A stretch of DNA of 64,000 nt from Lingula anatina. Taxonomy: Eukaryota; Animalia; Brachiopoda. The notes under the pieces are model-generated. The model made no database searches and was not told the origin of the DNA. It saw only the letters and a program-made list of their open reading frames with translations. Each line of letters opens with the position of its first letter. Position 1 is the stretch's first letter. A program made the position numbers and the translations under genes. Where the stretch lies: contig CM120640.1 of assembly GCA_051362555.1 (NCBI GenBank), positions 27,242,503 to 27,306,502 of the forward strand. Reading direction: 5' to 3'. Below are positions 28,850 to 44,300 of the stretch, one piece after another.

Positions 28850-31800
28850 TTTATGCGGAACACGGAGTTTGGGCGTCCGTCACAAGTCAGGTGACGCACG
28901 CGTATGGCGGTCATTAACTGACAGTTTTCCAGGTTTTTTTGTTGTATATTTATGCAGGCTTATCAATCAAAAGAAACTGATCACCCGCAGATCATACGTT
29001 TATGGTCATCCCTTTGATTAGCAAAAATAAACGACCTCAGTATTGTAACTTTTTCAAACATATATAAATCGAATTCGAACAGAAAAAGATAGAGATTGAG
29101 CATCTTTATGTTAAATGTTTCTCATCTTGTACTTGTAGACTGTGCGAATCTTGAATACTGGATATTGGTCGAAGCGGTGCATTAACATAACCATCCGATC
29201 AGATGCAAAATTTCATTTAACAAACTTACAAAGTGTGTAAAAAGAGACATGAATTCGCGCCGCGTAAGCCACCCACAGTCTTGCAGTGAGTGGAGTTTGA
29301 TTGGGTAATTCATACCTACCATTGCTACAGTGAAGACAGATGTGGCGTTGGTTATTATCAATTATTTAATAAGGGGATGCATTTAATAACTCGGTAACAT
29401 GAGTGGGATCGCACAGACAGAATCTCTTAACTAACCTTATTTCAAAAATACTATTATTTCTTTGAAGCAACCTTGTGAAAAAAATTGACAACTGATAAAT
29501 GAATAAACAAATAAATTGATTTATACATGGGATAGAACGTGTTTCGGCTAACAAGTTGCAGAAGATGCAATGCCACTTCATAACACACTTTATCAAAAAT
29601 ATAATCTATATAAGAATGGTTAATGAATGGTTAATTGATTAGTTGACAAATAGATAAAATTATTGTTGAATTGAGCATTTTGAAGAAAATGTTCGATAAT
29701 ATATGCTCATGGTTATTCAATTAAATATGCGGATTCATAATGATCAGGACTTTTTTGCTTGCGGTTGATGTAATCGATGTTGGTTTACATTTTAATAATT
29801 CAAACTACTCATTAAATAGTAATATTTCAAATATCATTTATTATATCCCTCTTCAGAAGAGTTCATACACGTACTTGAAATAATAACGAGAAGAAGAATG
29901 TTGAATTATGGATTTTCTCGTTAGCCTAATGAATATTTCACTTGCTTGAATTAAAAGGAAACGTTTAAAATTATTTACTTTTGCAAAACTTATTTCAGTT
30001 TTCCTGTAAAATCAAATGCATCAATTAAAAAAAAAGACACTGTTGGGAATCAAAACGCAAAAAAGAATCAAAGGATAAACAAAACACGAACTACAAGTAG
30101 ACAAATCATCGGCGAGAGAGTGAAGAGCAGCTGCGTGATTTCATACAAGATATAATGGCAGCTGCCATGTCCTGTTCTACAAGTGTGATCCCTTGTGCCT
30201 ACAGGTGCATTCTCCGACTTCAAAAATATATTTGTGTGTCAATAAGGACGTAAAGACCGCAGCCACCGCTAATGTTAACTCAACCACCTTACAACTAAGA
30301 CGCATGTTTTCTATGTTTCCAACTATTATGGCAAATTCACAGGACGTGATAGTTGAATTATTTATTTCTGATTGGCTTATGGTTTAGTTTTCTCTAAGGT
30401 TTTTACTCACCATGATCCACGAATGAAAGAAGTTATCATTCATATAATTGGCAATAATGTAGGGAACATACGTCCAAAACGTGTAAATGTCCTTTGTGAA
30501 ATTATTTTGTGTCTCTAATATCTCATAAAAATTCTCACTTACCGTCACCACCAATGCGAGTACCTCTAACACTACTTTTACAAAAAGATGCAATTTGAAC
30601 CAAATACATTTCATCTCCCACAATGAAGATGTGATTTTAATGTCGACGTTAGTTTTTCATCTTTTTATCGTTGCTCAATTGGGGATAGCTTATATACATG
30701 TCTTTTTTTACCGTGATGACTTCTCTGTGTATACATTGTTTGAAAACACAAATGTTCATTGCTCTGTCCATCTCCCGCTCACCATGTCAAACACAGTCGC
30801 CGTATGTTAAATCACCATGTAATAGTTCATGATATGTGCGCATAAATTCATAAAATAACAAAAGGCCAACAACTTATAAAGTGTGACCCTTGACAACATC
30901 AAAAAGTATCTGAAGGGTCTAAATAACTTCATCAGTTATCCTTGCTTCTATTTAAAAAAAAATTGTCTTTATCGAATTCTTTCTTTCTTTCTTTAAATAA
31001 TTTTTGATGATTTAATAGATAATGGACAATTTCATATTATACCATTATTAAAGCATGATGGACAGCGAATTGAAAAAACTATTTACTACAGGGGGAAATA
31101 TCCTCAGTCTTGTCAAACTTAAATCACCCTAGCACTTCAGTCTCAGTCCAAAGACATTCACCCAAAAGCGCTCACTCAGACACGCGGAAAGAAACCTCAT
31201 GAGTTCTGAATATAAAATAACAAACTAACAAGACAAAAGAGTGCTGTTGCATCAATTGATACTGTAAATAATGGCGACTTGTGAGGCAAGATCATGTTGC
31301 TGAATATGTTGTCAACGGCGCGCGTGTAACAGACTAAACGAGATGTACAATAAAGTCGACGTTTTTTGTGCACGCAATGCTTACCGTATTTTCTCCGAAG
31401 ATGCCACATTATTCTGATGTCCTAATTCTTACTTATGTCCAGGTCTTGATTTTTTACTCTGCTTTCGCCAAACACCAAACAGTGTTTCTTTTCCAAGCAC
31501 GGGGCAGCTTCTGCCGCATGTTGAACGAAAGGCGCGATTTTATAAATTCAAATGAACTGGTGTATTGATTATTAACAGTGATATGTTTGGCACAACCGCA
31601 CATCTATAAAGTGCTCGAATAATTATCTGGTACACGAGCGGCAGCTCTTAACATGTGAAACATCGTTCCAACGGAAAAAGAGGGGAATGCATTTTTCAAA
31701 AAACTTATATCCACACCTGTATGTATATACATGTATATATAAACTTACTTTACAAACCCATTTATTATAATATATGCTACCACTTTAAGATTTTAAACTT

Positions 31801-32308
31801 TCTTAAATTACCATCCATTTAAAAAGTTAAAATGGCAGTTGAACTCTCGACCTCAGTTTCAATGCTATGATTTCAATTAGACAAGTTATGGCGAGGCGAT
31901 TATAAGATACTATAGGATGCCTGTCTGTTTCGTCAATCATTTTATTTTGACTTGATGATTAGGCAGAGGACAACAGGAATCAACTTTAAATGGAAACGTT
32001 TTTCTAAGAAATTACTCTTTCTCGATTATTCCAGCCCGGATGACAATCAGTAAGACACGAGTTTCGGTGTCCATGTCTACATCATCTGTCTTGATACTTC
32101 AAAAGAAGTAAAGGAAGAAATCCCATTTCAGTCATTTCCTTTCACTTGAGTGGATGCTTTCTTGAATATGCATAAGACACCTTAACGCGGAAGGAAAGCA
32201 CAGATTGGGTTACTTTTAGAGATATCGTCCACAGGAAACCTTCGCCAATTAAGATGATTTTACAACTTTTCCCAATTTTGGCTTCAAATACCCTAACATT
32301 TGTATCTT

Positions 32309-32340
32309 ACACACACACATACACACACACACACACACAC
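32309..32340. repeat. (AC)n microsatellite, one interruption
   Basis: Seen directly. Confidence 0.93.
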
Positions 32341-35300
32341 TGAAAACCTGTGCTGTTACAGTGTACATGTGATAATTGCATATTCGACGTTTATGATTTA
32401 CATGCCGAATGGCATTGCTTTCAAGTAGTCAATGACAAATTAAAAAAAAAAAAAGAAGAAGCGCTTAAGATTTCGAAGATTTTTTTTTTCAAAATCGCTG
32501 TAGGCAGTAAAAAATATCGAGCACAGACTCTAAGGGTGAGGAGTGGTATTTTCTAAAATTTCCCCCGTGAATAAAAAATCTACAAGACAACTGTCATGGC
32601 GAGATTCTCACATGTCGAACTGCTATTGAATTGCAAAATGCAGTATTTTCCGTAAAGGTCTCGCTGTCAGCGCACGTCATAGCATACGCGTATGGAGTTT
32701 CTCCAGGACAGACGGATGTCAGGGATAATCAAATAATCAAAGCGGAACTTTGCGGCAAAATATCACATCTATGAACAGATTTTCTATTGTGACATATCAT
32801 TTGATTGCTTTTGACTTGTTTATCATTTTTCTCAGCAGACGTTCATGTTTTATAAGCTTTCCCGCTCGGATGCTGGGTTGCCAGCCAAATAATTTGCGAT
32901 GACAGGGTTGTGAACTGTCGCTTGTAATAAAAACAAGTGCACCCTAAACCAACAAGACGTTACGAATATCTGTTAAGAAACATGACATTGAATATGTAAC
33001 GACTCGAAAGGAAAATGCTTTGACTTACTTAAACACAATAAATGGTTTTACACAGAATGCCAAAATCATGTAGATGTGTCATTTTTAATATATTTTTTTG
33101 TTTATTTGTAAGATATTTCACAAGTTAAACGCTCTGTATCTTACCATATCTTCATCAAGCACTCTTCGTCAATTATTTTTATTTCCTTTGAATACTACTT
33201 CTCCATACTTCTTCTGCAGTGGCAGTTATACCTGATATCCTCATAAATGAGTCCACTTTCAAAATTTCCAAAAAGTTAATTCCACTTTCTACAGCAGTGA
33301 AGAATAACATACAGACGCGCCCTGCTCTCTCCTGGACCTTTTGCGTGCGGTTGTGCTCTTTTGTCATTGTAGGGATGATCTTCCGGTGCGTGAACGGTTT
33401 TGACTCAACGCACATTTATAAAAAAAGTGATGTTCTTTCACTCCCCATTTTAGTTTTTATTACGACGATTTTAAGATTCAACAAACTTTGAAGAGGAGCG
33501 CCATTAGATGTGAATGCGTTTATTTAGGCGGTGAATACGTGTAGTAAATGTTGACCCTGTGTTGTTATAAGCTGCAGCAAAACGAAATAAAAAAGGAAAA
33601 AAAGAACCCGAAAATAAAAAAAAAGCGCATGACGGCAAATATAAAGAGATTTAGAATCGGGGACATTATGGCGAAATGGCCAAGTAGTAAACATTCAATG
33701 GTCTACAATAGCACCAGTCTCACGAGTCAGGTCCAGCAAGAGCACGCACACATGCACATTGACAGATGATCTTTATTCTTGATGTAGGCCTAACAAAGCT
33801 TTTTTTTTCAATTTCTTCCCGTGTCGTGCAATGTTGAAATGGCAAGATCACGCAAAATCAATTAAAGCAAAAGAACTCTCATGTCAAGAGAAAGCGACGG
33901 AACAGTCAGATGCGACAAAATGAAATATTGTTATTGATACACTTTGGTTTTGACTGCAGCTCTATCACTGCCTATAAGACGCTTCTTAACTTCTCTTTGA
34001 GAGATTGTCTCCTCTTGATTAGACATAGGCCAGACTAAATGTCGAACAACAATTGGATTTAAACAATTTTGCCTTGTTTCTTGTATTGACCACAGCGACA
34101 GTTCGCGATTATCTGAAGCCCTAATCGGACATGTCACAAGTTAACCTAATCAATTTGTGCTAAATTTGATTAAGATGAAGTTGTTGCTATGGTTACAGAA
34201 AGTGGTTCCTCATGTCATGTAACCGAAATTTGAAATTAGTTGTCATGGTTGCAGAAGACACACTGCTCCTTGGAAAGACGCAAAAAAGTGAGAACAAGTC
34301 AAATGACATATTAAATAAGAACATGCACTAAAATCTTAAATTTCGCCATAAAAATCGCAACTGAATTATTTTTTTATGAAACAGCCAACATTCTTACCGA
34401 AAAAAAAATAAGATATATATGTGAAAGCAATTTTAACCCAATTTCTCTGTTTTTCTAGGCAATGTATGGCTTAAATACTTACAAAAAAATGGTGTATTCG
34501 GAGTAAAATATTAAAAACATCTAACATCTTTCTATAGACATTGCTTAACTATAACTAGAGCAAGGAATCAATTGATGTTTCACTACTTATCTTATAAGAA
34601 GAAAACGGCGTTTTTTCACATTTATTTGATCCCTCATTTTATTGATTTTCGTATAAATCTCTTCAGCACCATCCCAATCACCAAGGATTTTCTTAATGTT
34701 GAATTGATGACGGTAAAGGTCTGCGAGGTCCATCAGTCAGCAGAGAGAAACTTCTCTGACACCAGGAAACCTATGTGCTCGACGTATGTATGGATAAAAT
34801 TTCTAAAAATTATATTTTTGCTTATTGGAAGGCCTGGTGTTGATTGTCTTGGGGGTATTTTTATTATTATTATTATTATTTTTTTTTTTGTATTTAATCT
34901 CAATTTTTTTTAGAATGAGAGCGAAATTTCAGAAATCTAATATTTGAAGAGTAAATGAAAATATATCATTTCTTTATATCTCTTGGCAATATCTTCAGAC
35001 TAATTTTTTATGTCCGAAACTTAAAGATGATGCGTTTTAAGCACTAAAATGAAAAAACGTAGACATTTGTATTACACACAGAGAATTATAATATGTCACT
35101 GACCAGCTTATTAGGCAAATGTCTGTAAACATAGGCCAATATAACACCAATAACAATAACTGTACATAATTTCTACTTACCAAGAGGATCGAGTTACGTG
35201 CGGTTAAAATAACAAAATAAGATTATAATGCAAATTTTGATAGATATGGCCAAAATGTGCGAAGACGTAGAGAAATTAAAAATCCATTTGAGAAAAAGAT

Positions 35301-37679
35301 AGTATTGCGCTGGCGCCCTTCGACTTGACGGCAGTGTGACAAACACAGCTGATGTGAAGGAGGTCGGGTTTATCGCTGTCTGACTCAGGATATTTTATAC
35401 ATTACAGGGGTCCAGTACATCAGAAATCATGTGAATACCATGGATAGTCAATCTCTCTCACTAATTAATCCGTGAGACATTCTGTAAAGTAATGTTCAAG
35501 GCCCAGACTATGTATAACGGGGTGGGAGCTGACAAGCCAATACCAGTGCCCGGGAATAACCAAGACAATGAAAACCGTCCGCTCAACTATGTGTTGAGAT
35601 TTTGCTTTACGAGACGCTGCTTTTAACAAGACAGAAGACGGATGACCATTTATCATTCGTTGAGTGCCCCAACTCCGTTTTTGTGGTGATTGGCTGCGTT
35701 ATTTGTACATTATGAACATAGAATTAATCACTATGCACCCTTAAAGGGTAGGTTCAACCGTGTGCACCCTCTTAATGGATGTCGTAAACACAGTGTTGAA
35801 CCGCAGATCTTGGGCGGCGGTAGGATTCAAATTCTTCTCTTTTGGGATGTAATTGGGTGTCGTCTTTGGCGGTAAAAAGAGTAGAATTAAATATTCACAT
35901 ATAGTTTGTAATGATAGCATTACCATGCATGTTTGTAGTAACACGTTAGACACATTGGGAATAAGTATGAACATTTAATTCATGATTTTCTTGTTGTGTT
36001 TATTCATTAGGTTAGGCATTTTATTTTAGCGTGTATATAATCAAAAATTACTCGTAGCAAATGAATAAAAAATAGATAAATTAATAAGTTGATGGGATAA
36101 AAAATAAAATGAATATTAAAATGAAATAGAATAGAATTTTAAAAAAGATAAAGAAAAAAATTAAAAGCAAATTCAAAGCAAAATGTTTAAGCTACGTAGT
36201 TAACATATGATTTCCATATTCCGTCTTTTTCTTTATCGGTTTTACTTTTGGTTTTCAGTTGCTGAAACAAATGAGCTCTAGGCGATGCAACTAAAACATT
36301 AATTGTTCTCGATTCATTGCCTCCATTGTGCGCTGTTATGTTTTTAGACACTGCATGAAATTCGTGCAGGTTGTTAAAATGCATCGTATTTCACTCTGAG
36401 TTTAGCTGAAAGACCGTACATCAATGTCGATGACCTGCTACAAGAGTACGATAAAAAAGTAACAAACAGATGCGTAAAAAGTACTTTACTTTTTAAGCAG
36501 CAAAACGCACTGATATTACAATTTATTCAATCACAGAGTTCCCCATTGAAAAAATCTTTTTTCTAATCGCATTTGTGGCCAAACGCACTTAAAATAAATC
36601 TGAACATGCTATCACGAACCTTTATCCTTAGGCTATTATCATTGACGTGTGCCACCATTCAGTAAAATAACAATATTTAGCAGATCAATCAATTTACCTA
36701 ATTGAGAACAATCCGTTACAGCTTCCTTATTTCACAGGTGAAGGGCGACGCGTGAGAGTGACAGATCTTACAAGACTCATTTAACCGTTCACTTACTTAA
36801 AACAACGGATAAGAAGCTTTTCTCTGTCAACGAGATGAATTAAAACACAAAATCTATTTCCCAAATGGATTTGAAATTCTCTAACCTATCATGAAAGCAG
36901 TGATAATTGACGTAAAAGTGTGACACTCTGCGACAACTGAAAGATTGCCATTGCCAACGCTTGTGACGGCCCTCCCAGAACGCTTGTTTGCATGTCTCTC
37001 ATTCGAACCTTGCTGAGAGAAAACTAATATTTTTTAATTTGTAGGTCCGTGTGGTCAAGCATGGACATGATGTGGGTCAAGCACCTGTCCTATGAAGTAA
37101 GGTGAGTTGACCATGTGGGTCCACAAGAAATACCTCTGGTCAACTGTATATTCAACCATGAAGATTCATAAATTTTATATACGAAGATGTTTTTCAGGAA
37201 CAGCTGCCGCTCTTTTATGTATTATACGTTATAAACCGGATTGCATCTGATTTCTTTCAAATATCTTCAACAGACAATATGGAAGTTTATGCAATTAAAA
37301 CAGCAGGATAATCAATACTGTCACCATGTCAACATTGTAATCTTTGTGGGAAAAAAAGAAAAATAAATAGAAAGAAAGAAAGAAAAAACATTACTCGAAA
37401 TGAAACGACAAAGTGCTCTTTTATGTTATATTCATAAATAGTAAAGAATTGTTGTGAAGTATATTCATAAGTGGCAGGGACAAGCAGGTCGCTGTCACAA
37501 CATAGATGTTTTATTATTTCAAAATCAAATAACCGCATTTTCATTACGCATCTCACAATGCGCTGAAGATATTATAAATAATCAGCTATTGTAAAAAAAA
37601 CCCTTCAAATAAGTAGTCACATTTGTCTGATATGAATATCAGGTTCAGTATTGATGATTCTAAACAATCTTATCCTGAA

Positions 37680-37682
<3 letters not shown>

Positions 37683-37713
<31 letters not shown>
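37683..37713. repeat. (TG)n microsatellite
   Basis: Perfect dinucleotide run. Confidence 0.95.
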
Positions 37714-37716
<3 letters not shown>

Positions 37717-38933
37717 AAAAATCCTAAGTAGATTATGACGTTTATAATGTGTACCATTAACACACTAGGAAACTGCAAACAATCGCCTATTGAAAATTGT
37801 TTCAAAGCCAAGTTTGTTTTGAAACAGAGACCAAGTCATTTATGTCGCAAGCTTTTTAATAATCTGAAGTTGCAAATGTATCATTTTCAGATTGATTGTA
37901 CAGATTGAGATGGGCAGATTTATCCAGAAGTAAATCTAATGTACAGGTAAATTTAGATATTTGACATTCCCGTGGAACAGGTACATCAACGGGGTAATTG
38001 TCTTTTAAGTATTAAAAGTATTTACCGGTATTCCAACTATATGATCTGGTATATAGGTTTAGTGCATTCCACATGGGTCTAGCCAGGTAGATATGCGGAG
38101 TCTATATTCTAGTATTCACTTAGAATACTGTAGGCTCTACTGTAGATATTAAAAGATATGGTTTAAATATCAAATGTATTCGGTGATATCGGAAACGACA
38201 GACAGATAAACGAGAATAGACGGGTGGGTGGTGCGCAAGCAGAGAGAGAGAGAAAAACAAAGACGTAGACGAAAGAGAGTCACAATTAATTCAAAAGTCT
38301 AGTCGCAAATTTATACAACAAAGTCTACTAAAATACTAATGAAGATAAATATTTGCGTTCTTTGGTTTAAAATAAAATTACAGTTATAAAAACAAATATA
38401 CATATGAAATCAAGAGGCCTATGTACTGGTACACTAAGCACAAAACGCAGGGGCAAAACCTTGCAAACCTGTATTGGCTTTTTTTCCCCAGTCATTTCTC
38501 TCAAATAAAATACTCTGCAAAACCATTTACCTGACATATTGCTAATAGATGATACTTACCCACTGATCGACACTCAACATTAAAGATATAAAACATTGAC
38601 CTGGTTGATTTCTACATTGTACAAATTACTGGATGAAGATGGATTCATGAAACCGATTGTGCATGGCGACAGCTAATACTAGAATATAGATAAATGCGGT
38701 GAGTATAGGTGACGGGTAACAAAACATTCTTTTGTGTATTCGCAATTTTCTATCAAGGTCCTAAAATAAAATGTATTTACTTGTGTAATTTTTGCAGCAT
38801 TAATTTGAATTCGAGTTTATTCATCACCGAAACAAAATCTTGATTTCGATCATTATATTTCTCTAAACAAAAGTAGAAAATGTGTAGAAATCGCAAGCTC
38901 CTATTTTATGCACTTCAGTGAAAGCGTTGTGAA

Positions 38934-38952
38934 GGGGGGGGGGGGGGGGGGG
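38934..38952. repeat. Poly-G homopolymer
   Basis: Run of 19 G. Confidence 0.92.
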
Positions 38953-41379
38953 AGTCATCGACCTGGACAATGTCCCGTTTGTGAATGTCTCAACGCAAGG
39001 TATTAAATACACCCTTGTTGGTCATTTTCTCACAAATCTCATTTGATATTTGAAGTCGGATAATCGATTTTCACTTAAGTTTGAACCAACATTCATATAA
39101 TCCAATACTTGATAATCCAACATTTATCAGTTCTATTTCACTGATATTAGGATTTACAAGAAAAAAGAATAGGAGCAATCAACTTTAAAATAAAAAAAGC
39201 TAAAGAAGTCCTTTGACTGTAAACATATTCGACGTATTATTTTACATTACATAAGTAAAAAATTCTGAAGTTTCTTTTAACAAGTGAAATACAAAGAAAT
39301 TATGACAAACAAAATGATTAAAAGAAAAAGAAAAAAATTAAGAGTAGAACGGAAAAGAAATATGATATAATGAGCCGACACAAATTTTGCGCCTTGCTCT
39401 ATAAATCTGTAAAGTACGGTTTTATACGGTCACCCCGAATCGATGAAGACGTGAAGAGGGACAATCCCAAATCATTAGCCCTGTAATTGCTTGGTTTCGC
39501 CGAGCCCTCATCCTTTTCCTCCAGCCGTAATTACCTAGACCTCAGGTAATTAAACACTATTAACTCTGCAAATATCAAAATCAATAAAACCCGATGGAAA
39601 GTCCAAGAAAACATAACTCGCTTTGATTGGAAATCAATAAAAAGCCATTTGAACAAGCTAAAACATAATACTTGGAATCCCTAAGTACGCAACATTTTGA
39701 TCTTTTAATTGGTATCATCTCGTTTGAACGCTATCGTAGCAGGTTCGATGGCTTTTGAGGGATTTTATTCCCGTCCTTAATTCTGCCTATGTTCGACTGT
39801 TGGGCCTGGGCTATTGCACATCCTTAACCTCAAAATTGGCAAATGTCTCGTTGGGGAAATGAAAACTCGGGCAGGGAAATGTAAATCATGTTAAGATAAT
39901 TAATTCAATCTAGCCCTGCTGACACGCAGAGGTCAGGTTTACAAGTGGGGGCAATCTACAGCAGATGGGAGGAGAAATTGAATTGTCCAGTAGAGGGTAT
40001 CCAATGTTCAAGCAGACACGCCATGATTATCTCCCCGTCTAATTCTCATCAAACCTGACTCCATGCATAGCACGTTGCGTCTAGAATGAGTGAAAGTAAC
40101 TTTGTCTTTACTTCTAAATAAGTGGAATAAACCAGCCCTATAATTTAAATGAGATATCAAAGTGTCGAAGCAATGACAATATTTGAAAGCACATTTTCTA
40201 AGTGCGTATCTCTCTCAATCTCTCTCTATTATTTCAACTTACATTTGCATTTATTCCTATATACCGTGCAGCCTATCTCCAAATGATATCATAGATATAT
40301 TCATTCTATGATATATTCTATGATGATGTCACATACGCACGAGGACAATTAAATACAATAATGGTGTATGTCTTTTTATTTGTTTAAGTGCTGATGTCAA
40401 GATCAGCTCATCCAGTTGCTGTTTGTATGCAGAATTAATTAAATGTTGTTTTTTTTTCTCATTCAGAGGTTTATATTTGAAAAAAAAATCAGTTTACTAT
40501 ACTTAAAACATTTGTAAAGAAGATTTATTAAGAAAGGAGAAACATGGAAAAATGGTTCCTTAAAACGGCATATTTTTCGTGTTAATGCTTTCTGATAAGG
40601 ACAAAATCTACCTGTCATTATGTTTTTTTTAAACTGATAATACATGTAAATGCTTTAAATTTTCATTTCAATTTCTAAATTCTGTTTTTACTTTTAGAAT
40701 TGTATCAATTGATTTCAAATAAGGTTGCCGTACCATATTCTACTGTCCTAACGGTTTTTTTAGAAAGCGAAATACCTTTCCAGAATTTGCACTGATTTCT
40801 CCTGTATAGCAATTTACCCTGCTAAATCATACTACGATCATTGTCTGCTCGGCCCTAAATTTATATCGATGATTAAAAACGTTTTCCCGTTTTCCCATTA
40901 GAAAAGAGTGATTTTACATTTGTTTGTTTTCCCCTGCTATCACTGTTCGCTTCCATCATACTCACCACGAGGGAAAACACCACAATATTTTCAAATTGCA
41001 TGATGATTTTAGCCATAAGACCACAAATGCACTCGTTTAATTGGCACGGGATGAAGGATCGAATTACACCAATAATTGTTAGTGAAATGTCAAATCCTGA
41101 GCGATGATCAATTATTCCATTTCTATCAACAATATAGCCGTCTAGTTAGAAAAAAAAACACTGTACAATGCCCAAAGGAAGAATGACACGTAAACAATAA
41201 TGACATCTATTTTTATTGTCTCAATTAATTTGAAGTGCTTTACAAACGGGATAGCACAACCACGAGAACATCTAATGCAATTACAAGCTGTACCGCGTAC
41301 ATGTAACCTACAGTCTAGTCATGTGATAAAATGACCTATTTTTACTGCCGTATGTATGTCATACTGAGCGTGGTCAGTT

Positions 41380-44300
41380 ATGTCCCTGTCAGTTATTGCC
41401 GCAGTCGTCACTGCATTTAGTGCATTGGTGCTGTATTTTTGGTCTCAGAGGAAGTCTTCAACTGATCCACCTATTCTCAAAGGTTGGGTTCCTTGGCTTG
41501 GCTGTGCTGTTGAATTCGGAAAGGCACCGTTGTGGTTCATCCAAAAAGCGAAGTGCAAGGTACAAAATTCAATAATCAATACATGTACCGGTATATGAAC
41601 ATTTTGGTCTATTCGTTCTATGCACGAGGATGCCGAAATACGAAATGGTTTGACCTATGTTAATTCTCTCTCTCTCAGTGCTTCCCACCTATTATTTTTC
41701 TTTAAATAATATAAGTGTATTAAAATATTACAGCTAGGTCCATTGTTCACAATATATGTGACAGGAAAGAGACTGACATTTGTAACAGAGCAAGAAGATT
41801 TCAAGCACTTTTTCCAGTCCCCAAATGTTGATTTCCAGCAGGCAGTTCAACAACCAGTCAAAAATACAGGTATACATATATCAGTATTTAACATGTTTAG
41901 TGTTAAAAGTCAAAGTACTTCAGTATTAAAATGATCTCATCATCTGCTTGAACTTTAAAAGAGAGGTTAATTCTGGTCACTCTGGGGACATACTGAGGTT
42001 TAAGTTGCATGTATGACTACAGATATATTTATTATTTTGCAGACTGTCATGATCAGTTATTTGCACACTCTATTGGTTGACTGTATAAATGACTTTTTGC
42101 ATCCGTATTTGTTTCTTTTATTTCTCAGCATCCGTCAAGGAGGAATCATTCTACCAATATCACACTAAGATCCATGATACTGTGAAGGGGCGACTGGCAC
42201 CCTCTAAACTTGGTCCTATCTCCCAGCAACTTTCCAAGGGATTCTTAGAACAACTGAATAAGTCAGAGAGATCAGGTGCTCTATCAGAATGTGAATTATA
42301 TAACTTTCTGTTACATTTATGTGGAGAAGATGTACTAAGTATATTTTACAAATCGCCTTGCTCATGAAAATAAAGTGTTCAGAGTAGTTTGAATTTTTAG
42401 ACAATTTTCTTAAAATATGCTATTTCAGTAAAATATATTTTAAATTAACCTTAGATCTATGTGTTTTAAGTCTGAGTGATTTTTATCAAATATGTTTGTT
42501 TAATAAACTGATGTGTTTTTATATTGTTACTTTGTTTGTGGTTTTGAGGTACTGTATTTCATAACTAATACATGTATGTTAACACATGGTAACCATATTT
42601 TACTAGTGCTGTTTACTTTTACATACATGTTATTTTAGGTCAATCCATTGATTTGAATGATTTCATTAGAAATGTAATGTATGCAGCTGTCCTTAACCAT
42701 TTATTTGGGAAAGGTGTGATGCCAACAGACACAAAGGTAACTTGTACATGTTTACCTTGCCCACAGCCAAGATGGATTTAGAGATTTGCCCATCAGACAT
42801 CTACCTTAACTTAAGATTGCTTTCAAGTTGAAATGATTGTTTGGCCTTAATTTTTCAAATGTTACTAACCTTGCCGAATGAAAGTCTACTTATTATAAAA
42901 ATTCAGACTGAAATGAAACCAAGTTGTCTGCTTATTTTTCTTTTTCACCCATCCTCAAGTATACCCCTGGCCGTAAGGCTGAAAATATATCATCAGACTG
43001 TCATATATTCAAATAATAATATTCAAAATATGTGTGAAGAACCTTATTGGTGTACACTGTACCACCTCAGTGAAATTATGGACTTTCATGTTATCTTTTT
43101 CTCTCAGGAGGGCCTCAGGGAGCTGACTCTGAATTTTGTGGAATATGATGATGAGTTTGAGTATGGCTCCCAGCTCCCAGAGTTGTTCTTAAAGTAAGAT
43201 AATATTAAAGGTTATTTGTTTATCAAATTTGTTTATTTTTTGACATATTTTTACAAAAGAGCTTTTGATAATGTGATACTGTGTCTGTCTGTGTAGCTTT
43301 TTATGAAAATGTATTTCTTTGTCAAGATTAATATATTTGAAAATTGTATGAGAAAATAATCTTGGATCCCCATCATATGAATCTAATCTACTTTTATTTA
43401 AACTAGGCAGTGGGCCAAGTCCAAGCACTGGTTGCTGAACCTGTTCAGAAACATAATAAAGAAGTTAGATGCAGAGCAGAGGTCATCAGATGAAGATGAA
43501 ACATTGCTGCAGACTCTTATTGCTTCTGTTGACCGACCCCATGCTCCAAATTACGGATTATTGCTTATGTGGGCCTCGCTGGCTAATGCTATTCCTGTAA
43601 GTAACTCTACGATTTTGTTTGTGTCATTACATAAACATGCAAGCCTTTTCAAGCCTGTTAAGTCTTTCATTTGTAACTGTTTAAAGTTGAGATTTAGTTA
43701 TTATATGCGTAACAGTTTATCTCACTCATTCTGTACCATCAGTTGTGACATCTCTGGTATATATCATCTTTAATATTTTAATATTATTCTGTTATCATAT
43801 TGTTTTTAATTAAAATTACAAAAATGCTTTATTTAGACAGATGTTCCATTTCACTTTTGTGATGTATTAATATCTCAGATATTAGAAATATGAGTCGAAA
43901 AGGAAAACAATATTCGATTCCCCTGATTTATATTTGGCTCATTTTTAAATGATCCACCATATCACTTTATGGCCATGTTTGTTGTAGTCATTACATGAAA
44001 CCAATTTTGATTATATTTAAAATGAACAGTGATACATTGATACCCATTTAGTGCCAGCTATGAAATATTTGTAATGATGTATGTTTTATTTTTAAATTTA
44101 GATATCATTTTGGACTGTTGCTTTTATACTATCTGAGGAGGGTTGTTTAGAAAAGGCAAAGAAAGAGATTAAAGAAGCTTTGGGCAGCCCAGGTTCATGT
44201 AAGTAAATGAAATATTCTTTGTAAATTTATATTTGCAAATGATAATTATTTTGGCATTTTGTGTGATGTTTAAAACTCCAATAAACAGTGGAATAAGTTT

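Noticed and set aside
28532-29021. Hydrophobic ORFs with poly-Ile, membrane-protein-like
   Set aside because: Produced by the (ATT)n microsatellite and T-rich sequence.
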